Program-made: the position numbers and the translations under genes
Notes under the pieces: generated by a model
What the model saw: only the letters and a program-made list of their open reading frames with translations
Databases searched by the model: none
What the model was told of the DNA's origin: nothing
In this document: positions 28,094-37,085 of the stretch, piece after piece
How the letters are laid out: each line of letters starts with the position of its first letter
How positions within the stretch are numbered: position 1 is the stretch's first letter
Assembly (NCBI GenBank): GCA_037446255.1
Contig: JBBIIY010000002.1
Span: 1,353 to 65,352 of the forward strand
Reading direction: 5' to 3'
DNA length: 64,000 nucleotides
DNA from: Coprothermobacterota bacterium
Lineage (GTDB): Bacteria; Coprothermobacterota; HKB111

Positions 28094-28630
28094 TCAATTA
28101 CCTCCATACAGATTTTTAAGATTATTTTCAAGATAACTTTCTAACATTTTTAACACTTCAGGATGGTTAATTGGAACATCTTCAAGCAAGGCCTTATATT
28201 CTTGAGAGTCAAATACAAATAACTTTTCTTCACAAATATGCTCATATTTAAGATTAATTTCAGGGTGAAGCGTGATAAAAGTAATAATAGTAGATACGAT
28301 ATTCCCTAACGGTGGAAGGTCAATGCAACCTTTAGGTAGTTTAAAAGATATTTTTGTGCCTGAATCTGGCTTGCTTTGAATGTCCATATTACCCTGACAA
28401 AGAGTTACGATTTCATTAATAAAAGGTAAGCCTAAACCGATTTTTTTATTTTTTGAAGAATAAAAAGGGTCAAGTAATCTGTTTGGATTACCACTAATTC
28501 CTGATCCGTCATCCTTTAATTCAACATGAATTTTATTAATATTTTCATTAATTACCAGCAAAACATTATTCGCTCTGGCAGCAGCAGAGTTTTCTAATAA
28601 GTCTAGAATATTCAGAGAAAGTTCTTTCAA
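28094..28630 (-). CDS. Stand-alone HATPase_c (histidine-kinase-like ATPase) of hydrogenase operons
   Basis: ENS N-box, DDGSG, DPFYSSK, GLGLP, DLPPLG. Confidence 0.88.
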   Translation of the reverse strand: MKELSLNILDLLENSAAARANNVLLVINENINKIHVELKDDGSGISGNPNRLLDPFYSSKNKKIGLGLPFINEIVTLCQGNMDIQSKPDSGTKISFKLPKGCIDLPPLGNIVSTIITFITLHPEINLKYEHICEEKLFVFDSQEYKALLEDVPINHPEVLKMLESYLENNLKNLYGGN

Positions 28631-29115
28631 GAATAGGTTTCTATAATTGCTTTAACTTTTACAGGTGTCAGACGTCCGTAAACTTCTTTTCCAATGGTCA
28701 TTACCGGAGCCAAACCACAAGCCCCCAGGCACCTAAGCAGTTCTAAAGAAAATTTACGGTCTTCTGTGGTATCACCCTCTTGAATACCTAAAGATTTCTT
28801 GATAGTATCTAGAACTAATCTGCCACCCCTCACATAACATGCGGTTCCCAGGCAGACAGCGACAGGGTATTTTCCTCTAGGCTTCATGGTAAAAAAATTA
28901 TAAAAAGTTACTATGCCATAAACTTCTTTTACAGGAATATGCATTTTGTCTGATATAAATTTTATTACTTCTCTGGGTAAAAAACCAATTAAATTTTGAG
29001 TTTCATAAAGAACAGCAATTAAAGCACCCTTTCGTACTGCATATTTGTCAACAATTATCTCAATCTGGTCTTTGTATTCATCAAGCTCAGTAGTTTTTGT
29101 ATCAGCTTCATTCAC
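28627..29115 (-). CDS. NuoE/HydC-like [2Fe-2S] subunit 1
   Basis: VTFYNFF, CLGTAC, CLGACGLAP; GTG start 9 nt after AGGAGG. Confidence 0.92.
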   Translation of the reverse strand: MNEADTKTTELDEYKDQIEIIVDKYAVRKGALIAVLYETQNLIGFLPREVIKFISDKMHIPVKEVYGIVTFYNFFTMKPRGKYPVAVCLGTACYVRGGRLVLDTIKKSLGIQEGDTTEDRKFSLELLRCLGACGLAPVMTIGKEVYGRLTPVKVKAIIETYS

Positions 29116-29148
29116 TTCATGTGTCCTCCTATAATTAAATTCCTTAAA

Positions 29149-29177
29149 ATTGTAAAGATGTTATTCAAAAATGTCAA
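29149..29177 (-). promoter_or_regulatory. Sigma70 promoter of the hydrogenase operon
   Basis: TTGACA-17 nt-TACAAT on the minus strand, upstream of hydC1. Confidence 0.75.
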
Positions 29178-29181
29178 TATT

Positions 29182-29949
29182 TTAAGAGATATTCAATATC
29201 TCTCTAACAGATACCAGGTCTTTATCTCTGTCAACATCAAGAACTATCTCTGGATGTTGGAAAAATAAAACCCGGCAATTTAGATTTGTGAGTTGCTTTA
29301 TCTTATTTTCAACCTCCTTAATGGTGAGAGTTTTTATTAAATACTTATAGGTAATTATGGGTCCGCCAATCTTTAAATATGAAATTGGCAATGAAGCCTT
29401 TCTGCTTTTTATCAAAGGAATTACCAATTTGTTAATATTATTGTATGAATTTCTATTAAAGAAAATTAGGTTGCCATTTTTACATTCCTGCCTATCCAGG
29501 AAAAAATAACTCTTTTTAAAACGAGGAAATTTCTTTTCTACTAAATCTTTAGATACAACAAAGAGAAGGATATCAGGATGGTGTTCACGATATAGAGATA
29601 AAGCCTCTTCTAATATATGTTTTTTTATTAGGGGTATATCACCAGAAATAATCATAAACTCATCTGAGTCGGTTACTTTCATTACTGCATCAATTTTTTC
29701 CCAGATTTCATTTCCAGTTATAAACAAATCAGCCATATTTCTGATATTTACAGGTAAAGTTGAATCACCAGTTAAAATTACCTTATTAAAATTAATCTCT
29801 TTCAGGGTAACCAGTATTTTTTCTATGATCGTTTGAGAACCAATTTTTAAAAGGGTTTTATTGTCAACACCCTCTTTGGACCAATAAGCTTCTTTACTTC
29901 CCCCTAAAACTATAACATCCAAATTAATAAGATAAAACCCAGATTTCAT
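29182..29949 (-). CDS. MobA-like NTP transferase family protein
   Basis: VIVLGG...NKTLLKI, SGDIPL, LDVD. Confidence 0.7.
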   Translation of the reverse strand: MKSGFYLINLDVIVLGGSKEAYWSKEGVDNKTLLKIGSQTIIEKILVTLKEINFNKVILTGDSTLPVNIRNMADLFITGNEIWEKIDAVMKVTDSDEFMIISGDIPLIKKHILEEALSLYREHHPDILLFVVSKDLVEKKFPRFKKSYFFLDRQECKNGNLIFFNRNSYNNINKLVIPLIKSRKASLPISYLKIGGPIITYKYLIKTLTIKEVENKIKQLTNLNCRVLFFQHPEIVLDVDRDKDLVSVREILNIS

Positions 29950-30565
29950 CTGAAATGTTTTTCAGGTAATCTGAAGTTATGCTAAATTCAAGTTGGTTAA
30001 GGTATTTGACTTTGTTAGAATCAAAATATTTTAGAAAGTTATCAACCTGTTCAATATTAAGTTTCACATAATCTGTTTTATAATGCATAGGAACAGTAAT
30101 TTTAGGTTGAATTGCTTCTATTATTTGAAAGGCAGTTTCAGATCCTATGGTATAAACTCCACCTACTGGAATCAAAAGGATATCCAGTCCATATAATATT
30201 TCTACTACATCTACGGGAAGGGGATGCCCGAGGTCTCCGCAGTGAGCTATTTTTAGCCCTTCACCTTCGAGTACAAAAATTATATTATTCCCTCTTTGAC
30301 TGCCCTGCGTCATATCATGATAAACTGGAATCCCGTAACAGGTTATGCCATTTACTAAAACTTTTTCGGGACCAGTTAAAACCCTGGGATTACCTTTGAT
30401 TACCTGATGATTATTATGGTCAAAATGATTATGACTTATAGTTACTATGTCTGCAATGGTATCTAAATCAGGATAACCCATACCCTCTTTATAGGGGTCC
30501 AGTACAAATCTAACTTTACTATATTCTAAATAAAAGCAGGCATGACCAAGCCATTTTAAAAGCAT
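29924..30565 (-). CDS. Metallo-beta-lactamase-fold hydrolase
   Basis: WLGHACF, SHNHFDH, HCGDLG, PMHY. Confidence 0.9.
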   Translation of the reverse strand: MLLKWLGHACFYLEYSKVRFVLDPYKEGMGYPDLDTIADIVTISHNHFDHNNHQVIKGNPRVLTGPEKVLVNGITCYGIPVYHDMTQGSQRGNNIIFVLEGEGLKIAHCGDLGHPLPVDVVEILYGLDILLIPVGGVYTIGSETAFQIIEAIQPKITVPMHYKTDYVKLNIEQVDNFLKYFDSNKVKYLNQLEFSITSDYLKNISDEIWVLSY

Positions 30566-30576
30566 CTTAGTCTCCT

Positions 30577-31503
30577 TTACTCGAAATTCCTGGGACTCAA
30601 AGTTAAGGGTTCAGAATCACTTATAATTCTACCTTCTGTTTCAATTAAGGAGCGTAATGTTTTGTCAATGCTAAAAATATGCTGGTGAGCTTCACCATCA
30701 TAGAATTTCAGAATTCCCTTTACCTTTTCAGAAATATGCTCATTTACCTTGTTAACGGTTAATAATAAGGGGTCTTTTTTATTGGTGGCTAAAATAAATC
30801 CCCAATTGGTATCAAAAGATGGTACATATGCTCCAAATGAATTTACAATAGGAAAGATGGTTTTAAGAGTTTTACTTATACTGCTATGCAGGTAATAATC
30901 AGTAATCCTGAGATGGGAAGCTTGTAAAGAAAAAACCCCTTCTTCACCTAAGGCTTTTTGAATCATATAGTAAAATTCCTTAGTAAATAGATAAGAGGCT
31001 GGACCAAGTGTGTATGGCTCAACAATGTCAGAAATTAGCACATCAAAGTAACCTTCAGGAACTTTTTCTATGTATTTTCGGGCATCCATAATAATCAGTT
31101 TAACCTTATTATCATCATATGCTCCACGGTGAAATTCACTAAGATATTTTTTGCAGGTTTTTACAATCTCGTCATCAATATCCACCATCACAATTTCTTC
31201 TACCGATTTATGCTTCAATACTTCCCTGAGGGTTGACCCTTCACCTCCGCCAATAATTCCTACACGCTGGGGATGAGGATGGAGAATCATCGCTGGATGG
31301 ACAAGTGATTCGTGATAAATATATTCGTCTATTTGAGAAGATTGAACTTCTCCATCTATAACTAACATTTTACCAAAAACAGGACTTAAATAAATTTCAA
31401 TTTTTTGATACTGTGTTTGCCCTGAATAAATTATCTCTTTATAGTAATGTCTGTGAACTTCAAAGGGATTGAATATCTCATCAAACCATTTTTGTTCAGA
31501 CAT
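30577..31503 (-). CDS. speE: Polyamine aminopropyltransferase
   Basis: DEYIYHE, IGGGEG, MVDID. Confidence 0.92.
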   Translation of the reverse strand: MSEQKWFDEIFNPFEVHRHYYKEIIYSGQTQYQKIEIYLSPVFGKMLVIDGEVQSSQIDEYIYHESLVHPAMILHPHPQRVGIIGGGEGSTLREVLKHKSVEEIVMVDIDDEIVKTCKKYLSEFHRGAYDDNKVKLIIMDARKYIEKVPEGYFDVLISDIVEPYTLGPASYLFTKEFYYMIQKALGEEGVFSLQASHLRITDYYLHSSISKTLKTIFPIVNSFGAYVPSFDTNWGFILATNKKDPLLLTVNKVNEHISEKVKGILKFYDGEAHQHIFSIDKTLRSLIETEGRIISDSEPLTLSPRNFE

Positions 31504-31909
31504 CTATAATGTCCTCTAATTCTTCAAGACCAAATGAGCCAGAATGAGTATAGCTACCTCTCCCCGAAGGAATGCCTCTATTTAATATAGATATAACTAT
31601 TTTGCCTCCGAATTTTTCAGTAATATACTCAAGAGCTTTTAAGGGTTCAGCTTCTTGTCCGCAAGTATAAATATCCACAGCAGCATAGCCATACTCTGGC
31701 CAGGTGTGGATTGCCACATGCGATTCGGAAATGACCACTACCCCGGAAATACCAAATGGACTAAATCGGTGAAATATTGCTTCTTTTACTTCAGCATTTG
31801 CTTTTAGCGCTGCTTCTAACATTATAGTTTTAATTTTTTCCATGTCATCAAGGACATGGGGGGCACACCCAGAAACTTCAATTAAATAATGCTTACCAAG
31901 TGGTTGCAT
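31496..31909 (-). CDS. speD: S-adenosylmethionine decarboxylase proenzyme
   Basis: SESHVAIHTWPE pyruvoyl site, YTCG. Start is at 31909 or 31927. Confidence 0.92.
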   Translation of the reverse strand: MQPLGKHYLIEVSGCAPHVLDDMEKIKTIMLEAALKANAEVKEAIFHRFSPFGISGVVVISESHVAIHTWPEYGYAAVDIYTCGQEAEPLKALEYITEKFGGKIVISILNRGIPSGRGSYTHSGSFGLEELEDIIDV

Positions 31910-31992
31910 CGCCCACACCCCTTTCATCTTAGTCTATAAATAATAAAGTGCTTTTGAAAACGAAGATAAAAACCGTTTACAAAAAGCGATTA

Positions 31993-32021
31993 AATATATA
32001 TTATTTTATACTAAAAGTCAA
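31993..32021 (-). promoter_or_regulatory. Sigma70 promoter of the speD operon
   Basis: TTGACT-17 nt-TATATT on the minus strand. Confidence 0.6.
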
Positions 32022-32167
32022 ATATTTGCAAACTGACTTTTAAGTCAGATCAAGTAAAAATGAAAATTATTTTCAACAACTCTATTCTGAAATATTTCCT
32101 AAAAATATATTTCTATTTAACATTTAATGGCTAATTTTATAAGGTTTTGGTATGACCGCTTCTATGA

Positions 32168-33370
32168 TTACGCCCTTCTCTTGGCAAGTGTTAACTTTAT
32201 TTTTACTAAATCATCCCCTGTTTTATAAACTTCTAATTCAATTTCTTCGCCTACCCTGTAACTTCTTATAATTGATGTCAGAGTGTTCATATTAGTAACT
32301 CTTCTTTCATTTATAGCAATGATGACATCTCCAACTTTTAAACCCACCTGTGAAGCAGGAGTATTATTTTCAATCTGTCTTATAATAACTCCATAATTAA
32401 CTTTAAGATTCTCACTTTTAGATATAGCGTCATCTACTGTTTGCCCGAAAATCCCTAACCAGGGCCAAACAGCTTCACCAAAAGTTAAAATATCTTCGGT
32501 CACTTTCTGGGCAACATTGGAGGAAACTGAAAAACCTATTCCCTGTGCTCCCTCAATAATTGCAGTATTTATACCGAGCACATTACCGTTAAGGTCTATC
32601 AAAGGCCCACCGCTATTTCCCGGATTAATTGCAGCATCTGTTTGTATTAACCCCACTATTAATCTTCCACTGTTAACCTCAATTGAGCGGTCTATAGCGC
32701 TTACTACACCAGTTGTCACTGTGTGAGAAAGTCCGTATGGGTTTCCAATTGCTATAACCCTTTGACCAACTTTTATGGAATTGGAATCAGCCCACTTAAC
32801 ATAAGGAAAGGATTTAACGTCTGTAGATTTTATTTTGAGGACCGCGATATCCGAAATAGCATCTTTTCCTAACACCTCAACTTCATATTTTTCTCCATCA
32901 AGGGTTACCACTTCAATTAAAGTAGCTCCATCAACTACATGATTATTGGTGATCACTAAACCCTGAGGACTAATTAACACGCCTGAACCAGTCCCTCTTG
33001 TAGGTATAGCCCTGAAGAAAAAGCCTTCCTCTAACCTTACAGTTTGCACGCTCAATATAGCTTCCTTGGTTTTAGAAATAGCATCAATAATTGCTGAGTT
33101 TTCCTCATATACTGCTCCTTCAAACTTATAAGTCGGTTGTTGGAAAACGAATGCTGGTTGGTATTTTATTAGGTAATACCCGGTTAAAGATGTTCCAGCC
33201 AAGACTCCGCACAAGCTTGCAATAAAAAAGTATAGAATTAATCTTTTCATCGGATCAGTTATAGTTTTTGTTGGAACAGATTTCTGGGCAACCTCAAAAT
33301 TTGTTTCTTCATTGACACTAAGATTTTCATTATTTTCGTTTATAACATTATCAGTTTCATTTTCAGTCAT
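32168..33370 (-). CDS. htrA: HtrA/DegP-family serine protease, membrane-anchored, one PDZ domain
   Basis: TNNHVV, DIAV, GNSGGP, N-terminal TM helix, PDZ domain. Confidence 0.92.
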   Translation of the reverse strand: MTENETDNVINENNENLSVNEETNFEVAQKSVPTKTITDPMKRLILYFFIASLCGVLAGTSLTGYYLIKYQPAFVFQQPTYKFEGAVYEENSAIIDAISKTKEAILSVQTVRLEEGFFFRAIPTRGTGSGVLISPQGLVITNNHVVDGATLIEVVTLDGEKYEVEVLGKDAISDIAVLKIKSTDVKSFPYVKWADSNSIKVGQRVIAIGNPYGLSHTVTTGVVSAIDRSIEVNSGRLIVGLIQTDAAINPGNSGGPLIDLNGNVLGINTAIIEGAQGIGFSVSSNVAQKVTEDILTFGEAVWPWLGIFGQTVDDAISKSENLKVNYGVIIRQIENNTPASQVGLKVGDVIIAINERRVTNMNTLTSIIRSYRVGEEIELEVYKTGDDLVKIKLTLAKRRA

Positions 33371-33392
33371 TTTAATACCTCCTTAAGTTTAT

Positions 33393-34397
33393 CTAATTTA
33401 TAATACGATTATTAATCTGAATTATTTCGGTTTCAGAACCTAAGACTACCATATCCTGATTATGAACAAGAGAAATAAATTTTACTTTGTAATTTTTAAT
33501 GTTAATTTTTTTATTTTTAGAAATAGATAAAACCACTGATTTATTTACCAGAGAATTAGTGAATAATATTTTAATTGTTTCTCCATCAAAAGATTTATCA
33601 TAATTCAGGTATTGATTATCTGGAGTATAAACAGGTTTGCAATTTCCTTGAAGATCCAATAAATATACTTTATTGCCTATTAACACTATCTCTTCAGGGG
33701 TAGACAGAATGTCATTAATGTTATCCTTAATACTAATAGTAGTTAGCTGGTTTGCTAAATTGTAATATAGGTTAGTTAATCTCTGGCTGCTTATGGCGAA
33801 TCCCTCATGAGGATTCATGGTTAATATGTAGTTCTTTTCATCCCGGTTAATAAGAATTCCCATTTCCCTGGTAATATTAAATTCTCTATCAGTAAAATAC
33901 AGGGTCTGTTTATTATCAAAAAAAACCATCTCTTCCTTATTAATATTAATAAGGCTGAAATCTTCTGGAATAGCGATATCTTTACTTGTGTCTTCATGAT
34001 AAAACCATATTTTTTGGGAAAACTGGGCAACTAAAGTATTGTTTTCCATCAATACTATGCTGGGAGTACCTTCAGGGCATGTTAAATTAAAAACTTGTCT
34101 ATTGTTCAAATTAATTCTGAGGTTATCACCAAAAATAAAGAGGTTTTCCTTTATTAAAATGGGAAATTGAGGAGGGTTTTTTAAGACAACTAACTCAAGA
34201 AAACCATCATTAATCATTTCCGTTAGTGTCCAGGTTAGGTCTCCAGACTTGTTTTCACCAATTGCAAATATTTTACCATTGTATATATACAGATAATAAG
34301 GAACTGTATTGGTTTTATAAACTTTTCTTTCCAATTTTTCGCTACAACCGCTTAGAAATAGAAAAGAAATCAGAAACAATAATATAATTTTCTTCAT
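33393..34397 (-). CDS. Hypothetical lipoprotein
   Basis: Signal peptide with LSGC lipobox; beta-rich; no family recognised. Confidence 0.7.
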   Translation of the reverse strand: MKKIILLFLISFLFLSGCSEKLERKVYKTNTVPYYLYIYNGKIFAIGENKSGDLTWTLTEMINDGFLELVVLKNPPQFPILIKENLFIFGDNLRINLNNRQVFNLTCPEGTPSIVLMENNTLVAQFSQKIWFYHEDTSKDIAIPEDFSLININKEEMVFFDNKQTLYFTDREFNITREMGILINRDEKNYILTMNPHEGFAISSQRLTNLYYNLANQLTTISIKDNINDILSTPEEIVLIGNKVYLLDLQGNCKPVYTPDNQYLNYDKSFDGETIKILFTNSLVNKSVVLSISKNKKINIKNYKVKFISLVHNQDMVVLGSETEIIQINNRIIN

Positions 34398-34450
34398 TCT
34401 ATATAATTATAATAATAAACACTATTTTATCAAAGGAGATTTAATAATAA

Positions 34451-34867
34451 GTGAAAGAAATTACGCTTGGAATTATCAAACCAGATGCAGTAGAAAAAAA
34501 ATTGATAGGAAAAATCATAAGTAAGATTGAAAATTATCCATTAACCATTACTCATTTAAAAATGGTGTATTTACGGAGACACATTCTTGATGAACTTTAT
34601 AAGGAGCATATAGGAAAATCTTTTTTAGCTGGATTGATTGAGTTTATGTCTTCCGGTCCGGTTGTTTTATTTATACTTGAAGGTGAAGACGCAGTCAAAA
34701 CTTTAAGGTCTATTTGCGGAGATACCAATCCTGAAAAGGCTTTACCTGGTACCATAAGGGGGGACTTTGGAGAAGGATTACCAAACAACGCTATTCATGC
34801 CTCTGACTCTCAGGAAAGTGCAAAAAGAGAAATACAGCTTATATTTCCAGAAAACGAGTTAAATTAA
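34451..34867 (+). CDS. ndk: Nucleoside diphosphate kinase
   Basis: IKPDAV, PGTIRGDF, NAIHASDS. Confidence 0.96.
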   Translation: MKEITLGIIKPDAVEKKLIGKIISKIENYPLTITHLKMVYLRRHILDELYKEHIGKSFLAGLIEFMSSGPVVLFILEGEDAVKTLRSICGDTNPEKALPGTIRGDFGEGLPNNAIHASDSQESAKREIQLIFPENELN

Positions 34868-35646
34868 TATAAGTTAAGGGTTATATTTTTACAGGTTGAA
34901 GTACATTTCAAACAGCGGATGCATTCAGGGGAGTTAGCTTCTTTATGGATATCAATATGTGCGGGGCAAATTTTAATACACACTCCACAATCATTACAAT
35001 TTTGTTGGTTTACTTTCATTTTAACAAGGCTGGTAGAGTTAAATAAACCAAAAATAGCTCCAAGTGGGCATATTACCCGACACCAAAATCTTTCAATTAC
35101 TATACCCGCTACAACTACAGCAACGAGTATTATAATTTTTAAATAAAAAAGCGGTCCAATTAAACTTTGTAAACTTTGGTCAAAAATTGTCAAAGGGATA
35201 CCAGCCTGGATCATTCCTAAGGGACATAGTTTAGAAAACCAGGGTTCACCAGTAATGTAGGGAATAATTATTACTAAAATTAGCAGAGAAAGATATTTTA
35301 TATAAGTTAGAAAATGCTTATGTGGAAGAAAAAGCTTTTTGGATTTAATTTTATATATCCAGTCTTGAAAATATCCAAAGGGACAAAGAAATCCACAACT
35401 AAACCTTCCTGAAAGAGCTCCAATAAAGCCTAATACTCCGATTGTATAAACAGGAAGAATCTTTAAAACAAAAAAATGTTGAATAGTTCCAATAGGACAA
35501 GCACCAGAGGCCAGGGGACAAGCATAACAATTAAAAACTGGAACAGGAACCTGCCTTAAACAAGGAGCTAAAAAAGGAAGGTTAAAAAATATTGCGCTAA
35601 TTGGTTGTATGAGATATCTGAAACGGAACAATATATTCAATTTCAA
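34864..35646 (-). CDS. Membrane 4Fe-4S binding protein (NapH/YccM-like polyferredoxin)
   Basis: NCYACP, CGFLCPFG, CRVICPLG, two C-terminal CxxCxxC ferredoxin motifs and TM helices. Confidence 0.88.
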   Translation of the reverse strand: MKLNILFRFRYLIQPISAIFFNLPFLAPCLRQVPVPVFNCYACPLASGACPIGTIQHFFVLKILPVYTIGVLGFIGALSGRFSCGFLCPFGYFQDWIYKIKSKKLFLPHKHFLTYIKYLSLLILVIIIPYITGEPWFSKLCPLGMIQAGIPLTIFDQSLQSLIGPLFYLKIIILVAVVVAGIVIERFWCRVICPLGAIFGLFNSTSLVKMKVNQQNCNDCGVCIKICPAHIDIHKEANSPECIRCLKCTSTCKNITLNLY

Positions 35647-35647
35647 G

Positions 35648-35827
35648 TTACTTTAAACCCATACAGGATAAGCATACTAAAATGGCATTTTTAAAAACAA
35701 TGACTACTTCTTCTCTACTAATACCCCAAATAATACAATAAGAAAAAGCAACTAATAGCACTACGGTTATTATTCTATATTTCCTTTTAAATATTTTTCT
35801 ATCTCCTCTCTGAACTCTTGAGCCCAT
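35648..35827 (-). CDS. Small membrane CxxC protein (CD1871A-like), missing from the ORF track
   Basis: 59 aa MGSRV...IITVVLLVAFSYCIIWGISREEVVIVFKNAILVCLSCMGLK. Its stop lies 1 nt before the next start. The true start may be further downstream. Confidence 0.75.
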   Translation of the reverse strand: MGSRVQRGDRKIFKRKYRIITVVLLVAFSYCIIWGISREEVVIVFKNAILVCLSCMGLK

Positions 35828-36321
35828 TGGATTCTGAAACCTAACCAGATTTTTCTTATATAACCCTGGCGGTCAATTAAGAAAGTTACAGGTATGCCTT
35901 TAACATTATATTTTTTGGCAACCTTAAGGTCGTGGTCATAAAGTGATATAAAATTAATATTTCTGATTCGTTTGAATTCTTCCATATCCGCGATTGCTTT
36001 ATTGGTATCAGGGGTATCTAAATTAATTCCGATTACCTCAAAATTCAAATCTTTATATTCTTCATAAAGGGTGGAAAAGAAGGCACCGCCTTCTATGCAG
36101 GGCCTTCAATAACTTGCCCAAAACTCTAATAAAATTACTTTTCCAAGGTAATCCTTAAGGTTATGTCTTAACCCTTCTCCATCTTTAAGTGAAAAACTTG
36201 GAGCAGAGTTCCCTTCAATAGGTGATTCTTTATCTGGCAATATAACTTTACATCCGGATAGTGTTATGGTAGTTAGAATAATTATGAAGATTAAAATATT
36301 TATTGCTTTTAATTGTTTCAA
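35770..36321 (-). CDS. TlpA/ResA-like thioredoxin lipoprotein, selenocysteine-containing (UxxC)
   Basis: ORFs 36106-36321 and 35770-36048 are in one frame, joined by a TGA at the first redox Cys position (FWASY-U-RPC). LSGC lipobox and GIPVTFLID cis-Pro loop. Confidence 0.88.
36078..36094 (-). promoter_or_regulatory. Putative bacterial SECIS hairpin
   Basis: AGAAGGC-GGT-GCCTTCT, a 7-bp stem with G-rich loop, begins 11 nt after the in-frame UGA. Confidence 0.75.
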
Positions 36322-36380
36322 AAAATCTCTCTCCTAAAATATAATTAAAAAAACTTAAATAATGTTATTATATCTTAAAT

Positions 36381-37085
36381 ATGATTAGCAAAAAGATTAA
36401 ATTCATCATAATTTTACTGATATTTGCATCTTTAGTGTTAATATCCTCATTTTTTGTTATTTATTCATTCATCATAGATAAAGATACTTATATGATTATA
36501 GGAGATCAAATTGTTTCTAAAAATGAAGTTGAAGAGCAGGTTATTTTTTATAAGAAAAGATTTGAAAGTATAGGCATGACTTTTCAAGGTGAAGAAGGAG
36601 CAAGTAATCTTGAAAAAATAAAATCGATGGCCCTGAATAAAGTTATAGAAGATAAATTGATAATTCTCAAAGCAAAAGAATTAGGCATTTCCATTGACTT
36701 AAATGAAATTGATGAATCTATAAATAAATTTATATTGGAACTTTCTTCTCGAGAAAAGTACCTACAGAGTCTTCGCAACCTTGGATTAACCGAGATTGGG
36801 CATAAAAAAATGTTAACCAGTGCTTTTCTCAGGAAAAAGGTTTTAGAAACAGAAATTGGGGTGATTACTGCTACTCCTGAGGAGGTTAAGGAATACTATT
36901 TTGAAAAAAATAATATTCAGGGTCCTCCTATTACGGAGTTTGAAAAATGGAAAACAGAATTAGAACAGAAGTTAAAAATGGAAAAAGAACATGAACTAAT
37001 TAAATTACTATCAGATAAATATCCAGTTTTTTATGGAAAAAGATGGGTAAAATATTTTAAAGATGTTATAGAATCACTGTTTTAG
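36381..37085 (+). CDS. SurA N-terminal-domain (PrsA-like) membrane-anchored chaperone without PPIase domain
   Basis: N-terminal TM helix, LNKVIEDKLIILKAKELGI, TPEEVKEYY. Confidence 0.7.
   Translation: MISKKIKFIIILLIFASLVLISSFFVIYSFIIDKDTYMIIGDQIVSKNEVEEQVIFYKKRFESIGMTFQGEEGASNLEKIKSMALNKVIEDKLIILKAKELGISIDLNEIDESINKFILELSSREKYLQSLRNLGLTEIGHKKMLTSAFLRKKVLETEIGVITATPEEVKEYYFEKNNIQGPPITEFEKWKTELEQKLKMEKEHELIKLLSDKYPVFYGKRWVKYFKDVIESLF

Noticed and set aside
29112-29120. ATG-AAG-TGA minigene overlapping the hydC1 GTG start
   Set aside because: It is only 4 nt from the RBS and could easily be chance; the GTG has better spacing. No evidence of function.
29149-29170. Rex operator at the hydrogenase promoter (also TTGTGAA at 45838)
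   Set aside because: Only one half-site matches TTGTGAA-N4-TTCACAA in each case.
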